From Vulcanimicrobiota bacterium (GTDB lineage: Bacteria > Vulcanimicrobiota > Vulcanimicrobiia > Vulcanimicrobiales > Vulcanimicrobiaceae), in assembly GCA_963714015.1 (NCBI GenBank), contig OY970223.1:1696001-1760000 (forward strand): DNA of 64,000 bases, in the 5' to 3' direction. The notes under the pieces are model-generated. The model was not told where the DNA came from and ran no database searches. It saw nothing but the letters and a program-made list of their open reading frames with translations. The first letter of the stretch is position 1. Every line of letters begins with the position of its first letter. Positions 1 to 11,532 of this stretch are shown in pieces. A program made the translations under genes and the position numbers.

Positions 1-242
1 CTGCACTTCAGGCGTCGGGTCTAAATATTTCCGCCGTCGATGCGATCCGCTTGGCGGACCACGGCGTGAGCACGAGCTTCGTGCAAGGCCTGCAGCGCAT
101 CGGCTATCATCCGAGCCCCGATGAAATAGTCCGCCTCGCGGACCACGGCGTAAGCATCGATTTTATTCAGCGGATGCGCAGTCACGGTTACACGCATCTG
201 AGCGTCGACGATCTCATCCGCCTTCGCGACAACGGATTCTAG
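1..242 (+). CDS. C-terminal part of a helical repeat protein (partial)
   Basis: Repeated RLADHGVS..F...GY unit; frame open at the window edge; stop at 240-242. Confidence 0.6.
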   Translation, partial: ALQASGLNISAVDAIRLADHGVSTSFVQGLQRIGYHPSPDEIVRLADHGVSIDFIQRMRSHGYTHLSVDDLIRLRDNGF

Positions 243-257
243 AGAAAGGAAACGCCG

Positions 258-2331
258 ATGCGCATTGCTTTGGCATTTATACCTATAATTCTAGGTCTAA
301 TCGCAAGCGGCGAAGCCGCGGCGGCCGAGCAGGCGAGCTCCAAGTTTACGCTCGTTGCGAAAACGGTGCAGACGCCGCCCCGGATTGACGGCACCTTGAA
401 CGATCCGCTTTGGCAAACGGCCGCACACGTGCAGCTCGACTGGGACATCACGTTTCAGCGCGCCGCCGACGAGACGACCGACGCGTATCTTCTGGTCGAT
501 GCGCACTTCCTGTACGTGGCGTTTGTCGCCAAGCAGAAGGAGGCCATCGTCAGCTACCCAGCGCACGAACGATCAATCGCTCAGCAGCGACGACGACGTC
601 TCGGTCTATGTCTGGCCCGCAGGCGTCGACGGCAATGAATATGGATTCGAAGCGAATCCTGCAGCTACGCGCTACGCCTTCTCCACGGAAAATACAGCGT
701 TTGCTCCGGTATGGCAGGCGGCGGCAACCCGAACGGCAGACGGCTACGTGATTACGGAGCGCATCCCGCTCGACGTAATGCGCGGCGACGGGCGCGGTAC
801 ATGGCGGCTGCAATTCGATCGGCGGGTGCGGGCCACCAACCGGCAATTCGAATGGGCGCACAATCCGGCCGCGGGAAGTACCGACACGACGATTTATTCG
901 GGCTACTTGCAAAATATGGGTATCGCGGCGCGAACGACCCGAACCAAGCCGCGGCTTTCGGTTTATACGCTCGGTGAGATCGCGGACTCGCAGGCAGGCG
1001 GTTCGACCTCGCGCATGGGAGCGGATCTTTCCTTGCCGATAACCAGCACCTCGTCATTCGAGGCGACGTTTCATCCCGATTACTCCAATGTGGAACTCGA
1101 CCAGCAGACGATTTCCCCAACGGCGTTCCCCCGCCGGTTTTCCGAAGTACGCCCGTTCTTTACGCAGCAGCAGAATTTTTTCAATAACTTCAACTGCAAT
1201 GATTGTCTCGACTATCCGCTTCTGTATACCCCTGCCGTCCCGACACCCCGCGACGGATATGCGATGGAAGGCAAACAAGGCCAGTTTTCCTTTGCCGGCT
1301 TTGACTCGATAAGCGACGGCCGCGATGACAATGCGCAGGCGCTTACGTGGAAAACGGACGATCGCCATTTCCAATTCCTGTATCAGCGCGAAGACGTGAA
1401 CCTCCCGGGCGTCGCGGATGACACGCAGTACCTTCAGTCCGTCGTTGGAAACGGGCATAATTTCAACGTCTACTCGACGTTGGGAAATGAGAGCGGTACG
1501 CAGGTAAGCGATCCCGGTGAAGGCCGCTACGGTGAATTCGGCCTCAACCTGTATACGCCGAAGGAAGGGATTTATGCGGCCTACCATGACATCGGGCCGG
1601 AGTATGCACCAATTGACGGTTTCAATCAAATCAACGGCGTGCATGGTCCGACCGTATACGTCCAGCGTGAATTCGATAACGGACCGCACGCCTACGTCCA
1701 AAGTGTCATCGCCTCACAGGATTTCGGCGATATGGAAGATTCGAGCGGCGTCACGAATTACGCTTACAACAGCTCGTACGTCACGGTGCAGACGCGCGAC
1801 GCGTGGTTCTTGGGAGTCTCGGCCGGCGATCAGTACATCCGTTTTCCCGGTCAACCGGGCGGCTTTACGAATCAGGACGGCATCCAACTGTTTCACGGCC
1901 AAAATACGTCGACGCCGAACGGGTTCAGCTACGATTTCGGGCGGTACGGGCAGGGCTATTTGACCAGCATTGACGTACAGGATGCGATCAGGCTCACACG
2001 CCTCGGAACGCTCAGCACGGAGCTGTTTGAGACGAGGGACGCGATGGACAGCGGCGGCGCGCTCACGCAGTGCCTCGAACGGGTTTCGTTGGGCTACCAA
2101 ATCTCGCCCGGACAATCGCTGGCCGTTGGATGGCGGCGCATCATCGGCACTACGCCGCCCTTCTTTACACCTCTGCAGTACATCGACGCGACGAATCTAT
2201 CCCTGGCGTACTACCGTCGCTGGAGCGGAAACGAGTTATACCTGGCGTTCGGAGACCCAAACCAGCTGGCGACCCAACACGATTGGATCCTCAAACTCAT
2301 CCGGTACTTCGGCGCCGACAAGGGCGTCTAG
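258..2331 (+). CDS. Secreted CBM9-like/DUF5916-type outer-membrane protein, frameshifted near 552
   Basis: Signal peptide and PPRIDGTLNDPLW in ORF 258..638 continue into ORF 499..2331 (HPDYSNVELD, FSEVRPFF); removing one base at ~552 joins them. Confidence 0.7.
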
Positions 2332-2348
2332 CGGCATCTGCTAAGCCG

Positions 2349-5300
2349 TTATGGCGCCGAGAGCTGCTGCAGCCGTGCTTCGCCGCTTCCGGCGAGTCCC
2401 TTGAGTTCGTCGAACGTTTGATACTCGGCCGGCGTGGGTCTGCGGTACGCGCCTTCGAGCGAATTCAGGAGATAGCCCAGCCATTCGCGCAGTTTGGTCG
2501 GGTGAACCACGTCGTACTCGCTGGACGTTCCGCCTAACAGCACCAGGTTTGCGATCTCTGCATCGAGCTGCGCGCGCCGGGGTGCGGGCAGACGGCTGCG
2601 CGCGCCCATCGCTGCAGCGATCGAGCGATCCAGATGATCCATCGTCGCGAGAATTTGTTGCTCGAGCGCCAGTCGCGCTTCCATGTCCCCGGCTGCCGGA
2701 TGTACACGAGGATCCAATTGAATCGTCATTGGTGCGGTCAACCGCTGCGAGCCGTATTGGAGCGCCACGGTGTACGATCCGGGTAATGCCGTCGGGCCGT
2801 CGCCGGCATCGGCGAAGTCGTCCGTTACGTCGTTTGCGTAGCCCGGCGGATCGTACGCCGGCGCCGATTTCATATCCCACTGGAACGCATTCATGCCGGG
2901 TTTTACGGCCGTTTCGTCGGCCAAGTCGTGCGCGCGCTGCTGATTGGCGTCCATTGCGTTACGCTGGTCTTCCGTGAGTTTTGCCTGCTTCTTGGGCGCA
3001 AGGTGTAAATTGAAGGTGCGTATGGCCGTTCCCGCACTGTTGACGAACGCAAGCGTCGCCGGCGTGCTGCCGTTGTACGAGGGGGGCAGGTTGAAGAAGA
3101 CGCGCGCGCCGTAACGCGGATTCTCACCAACGCCGGGTGAGGATTCCGACGAGGAGCCGTACGTTTGCGTCAGCCAAGCGGTCTCAGGCGCGAAGAGTTG
3201 CGCGGTTCCAACGCTCCAAGCGCTTTGGCGCGCGAGTTGCTCGAGCAGCGCTAAATTATCCAAAATCCAGTACGCGCGGCCGTGCGTCGCCGCGACGAGT
3301 TCGCCCTCCCGCGCCGAGATCGCCAAATCCCGAACTTGAACTCCCGGCAGATCGAGAGTGAGCGGCCGCCAATGCGCTCCACCGTCGAGACTTACATACA
3401 CAGTGCTGCGCGTTCCGGTGAAGAGCAGGCGCGGCTCGCGCGGATCCTGCCGAATGACGAAGACGTATTCATCGGACGGCAAGCCGCTGGTAATCGTCTT
3501 CCAATGCGCTCCATAATCGGTCGTCCGATACACGTAGGGATGAAAGTCGTCCCACATGTATCGCGACGCGGTCAGATAAGCGGTCCCTTTATCCGCGCGT
3601 GAAGGCTCGATCGAACTGATTTGGCACCACTGCGGCAGCTGGGGCGGCGTCACCGCGGTCCACGTTGCGCCGTGGTCTTTGGTAACGTGCACCAGTCCGT
3701 CGGCGGATCCGGCCCACAACACGTTCGCGTCAAGCGGCGAAACCGCCAATGAAGAAATATCGGGAAAGGTTTCCACGCCCGTTTGATCGCCGAAAACAGG
3801 TCCGCCCGTCGGTCCTTCGGTGCTGGGGTCGTTGCGCGTCAGATCCGGACTGATGACCTTCCAGTTCTCGCCCTTGTCCATGCTCGAGAAGACGACTTGC
3901 GCCGCAACGAGCAACTCGTGGGGGTCTGAGGGCGAGAAGAAGATCGGATGCGTCCAGCCGAAACGATACTTCGTCTGCGCCGAACTTGCGCCGGCCATAT
4001 AGAACGGCCACGGACTCACGTTTTTTGCCTGATTGGTCTCGCGGTTCAGCTGCAGCATCGAGCTGTAGTATCCCGCTCCATAGGTGACGAGCGGGTCGTC
4101 CGGATCGGGTGCCACGAACGTGCTCTCTCCCGTAGCGGCGGGCTGCCACGAGTTGAAAGCAATCCCTCCGCCGTTTGCGGCGCTCACGTATTCCCACGCG
4201 CCTTCGTCTTGCGATGCGCCGAAAATGTGGAATGGAAACTGATTGTCGAGAGCGACGTGGTAAATCTGTCCCGTCGGCTGATTCGATTCAGTGCTCCAAC
4301 TCTCTCCGCCGTTCGCCGACACCGTGGCACCGCCGTCGTTGCCCTCGAGCAGAATCTTGGGGTCCTTAGGATCGATCCATAGGGTATGATGGTCGCCGTG
4401 CGCGATGCCTTCAAGACCTTTCCACGTCTTACCTGAATCGGTCGTGACGTACATCGAGTCGACGTTCGGAGCATACGCTTTCTTCGGATTAGCCGGGTCC
4501 GCAAAGATGGCGGTGTAGTAAAACGCGCGCTGCCGCAGCTTCCACAAGCTCGTGGTGCGGGTCCATCTCTTGCCGCCGTCATCCGATCGAAAGACGCCGC
4601 CGTCGGCTGCTTGCACGATAGAATACACGATGCGGGGATCCGACTGCGCGACCGAAACGCCGATTTTGCCGAGCGTTCCGGTCGCATAGCCGGGATTGCT
4701 CGAAATCTTCGTCCAGTGCGCGCCGCCGTCGATCGTCTTGTAGAGCCCGCTTCCCGGACCGCCGCTGGTCAACTTCCATGGCACTCGCTGCGCCTGCCAC
4801 ATTGCCGCGTAAACCGTGGCGGGGTCGTGCCAATCCATCGAAAGATCCACGCCGCCCGTGTTTTCGTCAACGAACAGCACTCTGCGCCACGTCTTGCCGC
4901 CGTCGGTGGTCTTGAAAATTCCGCGGTCGGAATTGGGTTTGAACACGTGTCCCATCGATGCCGCGTACACGATATTCGGATCGCGCGGGTCGATCGCCAA
5001 AGCCATAGTGGTGTGCGTGTCGCGCAGACCGGCATACGACCAGCTTTTTCCGGCGTTCGTGGACTTGTAAATGCCGTCACCGGTATCGAAGTCGCCGCGA
5101 ATGTCGGACTCGCCGGTTCCGGCATAGATTACGTTCGCGTTCGACGGGGCAACGGCTAAAGCGCCAATCGAGTCCGCAATGCGCGGAATGTGGCCGTCGG
5201 TAACGTTCGTCCAGTTGGAGCCGTAGTCGGTGCTCTTCCACACGCCGCCTTCCACGCCGCCGAAATAAAACACGTTTGGCCCGCTCGAGGCTCCCGCCAC

Positions 5301-5495
5301 GGCGACGACTCTTCCGCCGATGAACGGTCCGATGCTGCGCCAGTGGAGCTTGCTCATGAGTTGTTCGTCAGGACTCGCTTTCGGCGCGGCCTGTGACGTA
5401 ATGGGTGCCGCCAGCAGAAAGGCGGCGACGACGACGCTGAAAGGACGCTTCATGAAGGTATTTATGGGCTCGCGAACCGGCGTCTCCTTCTCCAT
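2349..5495 (-). CDS. Secreted BNR/Asp-box (VPS10/sortilin-like) glycosyl hydrolase-like beta-propeller protein
   Basis: WRSIGP..GGRV start and many S/T-x-D-G-G-x-T-W Asp-box repeats; alternative start 5453. Confidence 0.85.
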   Translation of the reverse strand: MEKETPVREPINTFMKRPFSVVVAAFLLAAPITSQAAPKASPDEQLMSKLHWRSIGPFIGGRVVAVAGASSGPNVFYFGGVEGGVWKSTDYGSNWTNVTDGHIPRIADSIGALAVAPSNANVIYAGTGESDIRGDFDTGDGIYKSTNAGKSWSYAGLRDTHTTMALAIDPRDPNIVYAASMGHVFKPNSDRGIFKTTDGGKTWRRVLFVDENTGGVDLSMDWHDPATVYAAMWQAQRVPWKLTSGGPGSGLYKTIDGGAHWTKISSNPGYATGTLGKIGVSVAQSDPRIVYSIVQAADGGVFRSDDGGKRWTRTTSLWKLRQRAFYYTAIFADPANPKKAYAPNVDSMYVTTDSGKTWKGLEGIAHGDHHTLWIDPKDPKILLEGNDGGATVSANGGESWSTESNQPTGQIYHVALDNQFPFHIFGASQDEGAWEYVSAANGGGIAFNSWQPAATGESTFVAPDPDDPLVTYGAGYYSSMLQLNRETNQAKNVSPWPFYMAGASSAQTKYRFGWTHPIFFSPSDPHELLVAAQVVFSSMDKGENWKVISPDLTRNDPSTEGPTGGPVFGDQTGVETFPDISSLAVSPLDANVLWAGSADGLVHVTKDHGATWTAVTPPQLPQWCQISSIEPSRADKGTAYLTASRYMWDDFHPYVYRTTDYGAHWKTITSGLPSDEYVFVIRQDPREPRLLFTGTRSTVYVSLDGGAHWRPLTLDLPGVQVRDLAISAREGELVAATHGRAYWILDNLALLEQLARQSAWSVGTAQLFAPETAWLTQTYGSSSESSPGVGENPRYGARVFFNLPPSYNGSTPATLAFVNSAGTAIRTFNLHLAPKKQAKLTEDQRNAMDANQQRAHDLADETAVKPGMNAFQWDMKSAPAYDPPGYANDVTDDFADAGDGPTALPGSYTVALQYGSQRLTAPMTIQLDPRVHPAAGDMEARLALEQQILATMDHLDRSIAAAMGARSRLPAPRRAQLDAEIANLVLLGGTSSEYDVVHPTKLREWLGYLLNSLEGAYRRPTPAEYQTFDELKGLAGSGEARLQQLSAP

Positions 5496-5548
5496 ATTAA
5501 CTGCGGCGCGTGCTTGCAGCGATTCTGCGTGGGTAAACCCCCCAATAT

Positions 5549-6739
5549 ATGGGCGACGCGATGCAGGCTGCGTGCAGAAAAACCCAAGCCGGGGCCGATC
5601 GCTTGCCGTTGATACGCCTGCCCAGAGCCATCCTGCCCATATATCTGACCACTTTTGTGGATATGCTCGGCTATACGCTGCTCATTCCGCTGCTGCCGGC
5701 AATCGCGCATCGATACGGTGCTCGCGATTGGGTCGTCGGCATGCTGCTCAGCATCCCCGCAGCCTGCGCCATGGTGGCCGCGCCGGTTTGGGGGAAGGCG
5801 AGCGATCGCACAGGCCGCAAATTCATCATCGTCGTCGCACAAGGATTCACGCTTACCGGATATCTGATTCTCGCGCTCGCCGGTTCGCTTTTCTGGATCT
5901 TCGTGTCGCGTCTCGTCTCGGGCATCGGCGCGGGAAGCATCGGCACGGCGCAATCTTACATCGCAGACGTCACTCAAGAGCAGCAGCGCGATCGCGCCTT
6001 CGCAATTTATGGTGCGGTGTTCGGGGCAGCGTTCATTATCGGACCCGTCGCGGCCGGCGCTATGCTTCGTTACGGTTTGCAATTTCCGTTCTACGTCGCC
6101 GCTGCTCTGGAGGTCTTGAACGTTCTCCTTACCTTATGGCTGCTGCCTGCGCGCACTCGTCAAGAGCGCAAAGAAACGAGTGCGAAAAAATCGATCAAGG
6201 CCGCGTGGAGCCCGAAGATCCGAACCATCCTTATCCGGCAATTCTTGTTCATCTTTGCGGTAGTTTACCTCTTGGCGGATTTTGCGCTCTACCTGCACGA
6301 TCAACTGCATGAGGGAATCCCCCGCGCCAGTTGGCTTCTTGCCGTCACGGGGGCCGTCGGAGGCATAACGTTGATCGGTGCGGTAACGCCGCTCACGAAG
6401 CGGCTTGGTGACCGCACCGTTGCGCAGATCGGCCTGCTCTTGTTGTTTGCCGCCTACGCTTTGATCTATTTCGTGAAGACGCTTGCGTGGTTCTTCCCCG
6501 TGCTCGTGCTGTGGGCGATCGGCGCGGCGATGGTTGAGCCGGCGCTCATGGCGCTTCTGTCGCGGCGCGCTCCGGAAGAAGAACGAGGTGCCATCATGGG
6601 GCTGAGCGACGCAGTGAACAGTGCTGCGCTCGTCGTCTCACCGGCAATCGGCACCGCCATTGTCGGCGCCGATCCAAAGCTGATCGGTATTCTGCCTGCT
6701 ATCGCCGTAGCAGCGGCTTGGATTATCGCGGCCAAGTAG
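5549..6739 (+). CDS. MFS efflux transporter (TetA/DHA1-like)
   Basis: Motif A WGKASDRTGRK, AQSYIAD, about 12 hydrophobic segments. Confidence 0.9.
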   Translation: MGDAMQAACRKTQAGADRLPLIRLPRAILPIYLTTFVDMLGYTLLIPLLPAIAHRYGARDWVVGMLLSIPAACAMVAAPVWGKASDRTGRKFIIVVAQGFTLTGYLILALAGSLFWIFVSRLVSGIGAGSIGTAQSYIADVTQEQQRDRAFAIYGAVFGAAFIIGPVAAGAMLRYGLQFPFYVAAALEVLNVLLTLWLLPARTRQERKETSAKKSIKAAWSPKIRTILIRQFLFIFAVVYLLADFALYLHDQLHEGIPRASWLLAVTGAVGGITLIGAVTPLTKRLGDRTVAQIGLLLLFAAYALIYFVKTLAWFFPVLVLWAIGAAMVEPALMALLSRRAPEEERGAIMGLSDAVNSAALVVSPAIGTAIVGADPKLIGILPAIAVAAAWIIAAK

Positions 6740-6751
6740 TCACCGCGCCGG

Positions 6752-7621
6752 CTACGGCGCTTCCTGACTTTCGAGGTATTCGGAGAGCACCGCTCGATCC
6801 AGGAAGGCGATGTGGCCGTGCTCGCGCTTCAACGCGCCCGCCGACTCCAGATAGCCGATCACTCTTGCAGCGGACTCCTTTACGCATCCGGCCGCGGCGC
6901 CGAGGTCGCTCTGCGTCATTTCCGTGAGGTCGCGGCTTGCCGGCAACAGGCCGGTTTCCTGAGCGCAGTAACGCAGAAGTACCGCGGCAACGCGCGCCGT
7001 GAGAGGCCGGCCTTGCGAACCCAGTAGGTCCCTTGCAATGAGATACGTTCGCCGGGCGACGTGGGCGGCCAGGCGGCGCAGCAGACTCGGATCTTTTTCG
7101 ATCGCACTCTCGAAAAGGTCCGAGCGCAACAGCGCATAGGTCGCGCGTTTTGAAACGACGAGCACGTCGCCCGGCGCCGGCACTTCAGCCAGAAATGCGA
7201 CCTCGCCGAATAGCGCGCCCGCGCGGGCTTCATAGAGCTGCAACCGATGGACGCCTCGCATCGGACCTTCGGCGTTTACCGTCACGGCGATTGCGCCCGA
7301 GCAAACGACCCCAATAAAAGGAAACGGTGTTCCGGAAGGTGCGATTCGCGTTCCGCGACGCGCGGCGTCGATCGACGCTCCTACGGCGAGCGGACGAAGC
7401 AGTTCGTCGGCGCATGGCGCAAACAACGGATTTCTTTTCAGGCGACTGAGCACTTCCGACGACCCTGCGCCGGCCTCGCGCGCCTTCGGCATTACGGCTG
7501 CGGCAGAATAGGCGGAATGGTACCGGATCTCGGGTCCTGCTGCTCGCACACGGAGTAATTTATCCATGCCGAGCGTTTCGGACCTGCCGCATGCAGCCAG
7601 GTGCGCGCTTGCCGATGTCAT
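6752..7621 (-). CDS. Crp/Fnr family transcriptional regulator
   Basis: cNMP-binding FGEVAF and C-terminal HTH MTQSDLGAAAGCVKESAARVI; start uncertain. Confidence 0.85.
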   Translation of the reverse strand: MTSASAHLAACGRSETLGMDKLLRVRAAGPEIRYHSAYSAAAVMPKAREAGAGSSEVLSRLKRNPLFAPCADELLRPLAVGASIDAARRGTRIAPSGTPFPFIGVVCSGAIAVTVNAEGPMRGVHRLQLYEARAGALFGEVAFLAEVPAPGDVLVVSKRATYALLRSDLFESAIEKDPSLLRRLAAHVARRTYLIARDLLGSQGRPLTARVAAVLLRYCAQETGLLPASRDLTEMTQSDLGAAAGCVKESAARVIGYLESAGALKREHGHIAFLDRAVLSEYLESQEAP

Positions 7622-8334
7622 GCGCGGTTAGCCGCGATGCGCGTAATGGGCCGAACGGCGTCCCACCCGCCGAGTAAAGCGAGGGCGGCAATCGGTTCGA
7701 GCAAAGCCGCCGGACCGTTGCGAAGCTCGATGAATGCGCCGGTGATTCCGCCCGCGGCAAAGCAGATCCAAATGCTTGCGTAAAATGCAAACTCGGCGAA
7801 CTCGCAAGACGCGAGTTTATTGGCGGCCGTTGCAAGCATACCCGTAATGAATGTCGTTCGTACGGGTTGTCCTCCGACGCGCCGGAGGAGCGCATTTTGA
7901 ATCCCCATTGCCGCTGCCGGCCAAAGCACCATCCATTGCATCGCCGGATGGGCGAGCAGCAGAAACACCACCAGGAAAGCCGCCTCAATTGCGGCCACGG
8001 CGCCGAAAATTCGCGAGAATCTTAGTTTAAGCAGTATGCCGGTTAGGGCCATACCCAGCAATGCGCCGGCAAAAAATACGGCAATCGGTTCGAGATGACG
8101 CCACGCCGCCTTCCAATTTCCCGACGCTACGTCGATCGTGAAGGTTACGGTATTGCCGCTCATATGCGAGGTGAAAATATGCGCTAGAAGCAGATAGCCG
8201 ATGCCGTCTACGCTGCCTGCGATCGCCGATAAGTAGAGAGCGATCCACCAGTACTGCTTGGCGATCTCCCGCTGCGGTTGCTTCGTTTTGACTTCCGGCA
8301 CACACAAGAGATACCCGCCCGGCAACTCCAGCAA
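7618..8334 (-). CDS. YoaK/DUF1275 family membrane protein
   Basis: AGSVDGIGY, FTSHMSGN, AMGIQNA, TTFITG motifs. Confidence 0.85.
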   Translation of the reverse strand: MLELPGGYLLCVPEVKTKQPQREIAKQYWWIALYLSAIAGSVDGIGYLLLAHIFTSHMSGNTVTFTIDVASGNWKAAWRHLEPIAVFFAGALLGMALTGILLKLRFSRIFGAVAAIEAAFLVVFLLLAHPAMQWMVLWPAAAMGIQNALLRRVGGQPVRTTFITGMLATAANKLASCEFAEFAFYASIWICFAAGGITGAFIELRNGPAALLEPIAALALLGGWDAVRPITRIAANRA

Positions 8335-8436
8335 TGTTGATCCGGATCAACTTTGCGGCAACAAAGAAGCGCTTTGCGCGTAATGCAATGACAAGCCGGG
8401 AACCAATTTACGGGAACCGCTCCCGGAGGAGTCTTC

Positions 8437-11400
8437 ATGCGCGCATCGGGCGCTTCGTCAAAGGACGGCAAAAGCGCGACTGCCCTATCTTCCAAGGCCG
8501 CTGCACATCTGGAACGTGATTTGCGCCAAGCTATCGAAGGCGAAGTGCGTTTCTCTTCGGGCGATCGGTCGATGTACGCCTACGATGCATCCGTTTATCG
8601 CGTTATGCCGCTCGGAGCCGTCATTCCGAAAACACTCGAGGACGTCGTTCGCTCCATGGAGATCTGCCGTGGTTACGGCGTGCCCATTCATGGCAGGGGC
8701 TGCGGCACCAGCCTTGCCGGGCAGTGCTGCAACCGCGGAGTTGCCATTGACTTCTCAAAGTATCTGCACGGCGTCGACATCGATAAGGAACGTAAGATCG
8801 CCCGCGTGCTGCCGGGCCTTGTCTGTGATTCGCTGGATAGCGCCGTTACCGCAGAGGGGCTCTTCTGGGGAATCGAGCCGGCGACCCACGATCACTGCAC
8901 CCTCGGCGGAATGATCGGCAACAACTCCTGCGGCACGCATTCGGTTATGGTCGGCAAGACGGTCGACAATGCTATCGAACTCGACGTGCTCACGTACGAC
9001 GGCTTGCGTATGCGCGTCGGAAAAACGCCGGAAGCGGTGCTCCGCGAAATCATTGCCGGGGGTGGACGGCGAGGGCAAATTTACCGTGACCTTCTCTCGC
9101 TTCGCGACAAATATGCCGACCTCGTCCGTAAGCGCTTTCCGAAGATCCCGCGGCGGGTTTCCGGCTACAATTTGGATCAGCTTCTCCCCGAGAACGGATT
9201 CAACGTGGCTGGGGCGCTCGTGGGCACCGAGAGCACGTGCGCGCTCACGCTGCAGGCGTGGCTGCAATTGCACGACCCGCCGAAGGTCAAGACGATGGTG
9301 GTGCTCGGATACGAATCGATTCCTAGAGGCGCCCATGACGTGCCCTTCATTCTCACCTTCAATCCCATTGCGGTGGAGTTCTTCAGCGGAAACGTCTTAC
9401 GCAATATCGATATGCACGGACTCCATTTCAGCGGTCGCAAAATGCTTCCGGGCGGCACGCATTTCGTCATCGTGGAGTTCGGTTCTCAAACCGGTGCCGA
9501 GGCCAAGGAACGGGCGCGCGCGTTCAAAACGGCCATGCAGCAGCGCGGCACCGCAGCCGGCTATGCGGAATTCGAAAACAAAGAAGACGAGGAATCCGTT
9601 TGGGAGATTCGTCGCCATTCGGCCGGAACGTCGCGAATGGGCATCAGCGTAGGCGTCGGCACCCCGGGATGGCCCAACTGGGAAGATGCAGCGGTACATC
9701 CGGATGTTCTCGGCGATTACCTCAGTGATTTTGAAAAGCTGCTGGCCAAGTACGGCTACGATGGAACGATGTTCGGCCATTTCGGGCAAGGATGCACGCA
9801 TTGCCGCATCGATTTCGATCTGCGCAGCAGCAAAGGCGTCAAGGAATTTCGCAAGTTCATGGAAGAGGCGGCGGATCTGGTGGTCTCCTACAACGGCTCT
9901 CTTTCGGGCGAACACGGCGACGGTCAAGGCCGGTCCGAACTGCTGCCAAAGATGTTTGGTGAAGAACTGATCACCGCATTTCGGCAGTTCAAGGCCATTT
10001 GGGATCCGCAAAACAAGATGAATCCGGGCATGATGGTGGACCCGTATCCGCTGGATCTGAATCTGCGCGAGGGAACCCGCTATAAGACCATCGATCTGCA
10101 AACCTACTTTCAATTTCCCGAGGACAAATTCAGTTTTGCAGAAGCGGCCAATCGTTGCTTCGGCGTAGGTAAATGCCGCCACCTCAAGGGCGGAACGATG
10201 TGTCCAAGTTTCATGGCGACGCGGGAGGAAAAGCATTCCACGCGCGGTCGAGCGCGATTGCTGCAAGAGATGATGCGTCCGGACGGCGGCGTCGAGCATA
10301 CCTGGCGAAACAAGGACGTAAAAGAGGCACTCGATCTCTGCTTGGCGTGCAAGGGGTGCAAGGGTGATTGTCCGGTCAACGTCGACATGGCGACGTACAA
10401 GGCCGAATTTTACGCGCACTACTACAAAGGACGCCCGCGCCCCGCAAGCGCGTATTCGATGGGCCTCATTCCCGTGTGGGCGCCGCTCGCGGCGCAGATA
10501 CCCGATTTGATCAACGCGATGATGGACGCGCCGCTTCTCTCCGGCGTGCTCAAAGGCGTCGGCGGCATTGCGCCGCAGCGGCAACTTCCGCATTTTGCAA
10601 CCGTACCGTTCGATCGGTGGTACGCAAATCACAAACCGAAGGAACGAAAGCCGGACGCGCAGCGCGTCGTCCTTTGGGCCGACACCTTCAATACATACTT
10701 TACGCCCGCCGTAGCCTGCGCCGCCGTCGAGGTGCTCGAGGATTTGGGCTGGTCCGTCGAGGCTCCCGCCGAGCGAGTCTGCTGCGGCCGCCCATTTTAC
10801 GACTATGGATTCCTAACGGTGGCCCAGCGATACCTGCGCGATGCCCTGAACAAGATGCAGCCGTATCTGCGCGATGGAACGCCGATCGTCGGATTGGAGC
10901 CCAGTTGCATTGCGGTGTTCCGCGACGAGCTGCTCAACATGTTTCCAAACGATTTGGACGCTCAGCGGCTGGCTCAGCAAACATACACCCTGGCGGAGTT
11001 CTTGGAGCAGCGCGCCGGTGACTGGCACTGGAAGATTCCAAAGTTGCACCGTCGCGCGCTGGTGCAATCCCATTGCCATCATCAAGCGGTCATGCGCTTT
11101 GAGGCGGATATGGCAGTGCTGGATAAACTTGGGCTGGAAGTGGAAAAACCCGATTCAGGCTGCTGCGGCATGGCGGGCAGTTTTGGATATGAAGCCGGAG
11201 AGCGCTATGACGTATCCCGGAAGTGCGCAGAGCGAGTGATTCTGCCGAAGGTTCGCGAGGCGCCTTCGGATACGCTTATTCTCGCGGACGGCTTCAGTTG
11301 CCGCGAGCAGATCGGGCAGGGCACGCAGCGGCAGGCGATTCATCTGGCTCAGGTTCTGCGTATGGCTCAAGAGCATGCGCGGGACGAAGAAAGCGTATTG

Positions 11401-11532
11401 CATGCGCTTGGAAACGGACTAGCGCGGTCGACGCGCATTCGCGAGGTTGCGCTGGGCGCCGGGATCGCCGTGTGCGCAGGAGCGGGCATTGCGCTCGGAA
11501 CCCAGATTTTCAAAGGAAACAATCACTCATGA
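8437..11532 (+). CDS. FAD-linked, Fe-S-binding oxidoreductase (GlcD/GlcF fusion, D-lactate dehydrogenase-like)
   Basis: RGCGTSLAGQ, GGMIGNNSCG, SGEHGDG, CLACKGCKGDCP and CCG domains. Confidence 0.9.
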   Translation: MRASGASSKDGKSATALSSKAAAHLERDLRQAIEGEVRFSSGDRSMYAYDASVYRVMPLGAVIPKTLEDVVRSMEICRGYGVPIHGRGCGTSLAGQCCNRGVAIDFSKYLHGVDIDKERKIARVLPGLVCDSLDSAVTAEGLFWGIEPATHDHCTLGGMIGNNSCGTHSVMVGKTVDNAIELDVLTYDGLRMRVGKTPEAVLREIIAGGGRRGQIYRDLLSLRDKYADLVRKRFPKIPRRVSGYNLDQLLPENGFNVAGALVGTESTCALTLQAWLQLHDPPKVKTMVVLGYESIPRGAHDVPFILTFNPIAVEFFSGNVLRNIDMHGLHFSGRKMLPGGTHFVIVEFGSQTGAEAKERARAFKTAMQQRGTAAGYAEFENKEDEESVWEIRRHSAGTSRMGISVGVGTPGWPNWEDAAVHPDVLGDYLSDFEKLLAKYGYDGTMFGHFGQGCTHCRIDFDLRSSKGVKEFRKFMEEAADLVVSYNGSLSGEHGDGQGRSELLPKMFGEELITAFRQFKAIWDPQNKMNPGMMVDPYPLDLNLREGTRYKTIDLQTYFQFPEDKFSFAEAANRCFGVGKCRHLKGGTMCPSFMATREEKHSTRGRARLLQEMMRPDGGVEHTWRNKDVKEALDLCLACKGCKGDCPVNVDMATYKAEFYAHYYKGRPRPASAYSMGLIPVWAPLAAQIPDLINAMMDAPLLSGVLKGVGGIAPQRQLPHFATVPFDRWYANHKPKERKPDAQRVVLWADTFNTYFTPAVACAAVEVLEDLGWSVEAPAERVCCGRPFYDYGFLTVAQRYLRDALNKMQPYLRDGTPIVGLEPSCIAVFRDELLNMFPNDLDAQRLAQQTYTLAEFLEQRAGDWHWKIPKLHRRALVQSHCHHQAVMRFEADMAVLDKLGLEVEKPDSGCCGMAGSFGYEAGERYDVSRKCAERVILPKVREAPSDTLILADGFSCREQIGQGTQRQAIHLAQVLRMAQEHARDEESVLHALGNGLARSTRIREVALGAGIAVCAGAGIALGTQIFKGNNHS

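Noticed and set aside
9397..10632. Long antisense ORFs (also 13435-14631, 35197-36243, 58835-59773 and others)
   Set aside because: Shadow frames of well-supported genes in GC-rich DNA, with no family motifs.
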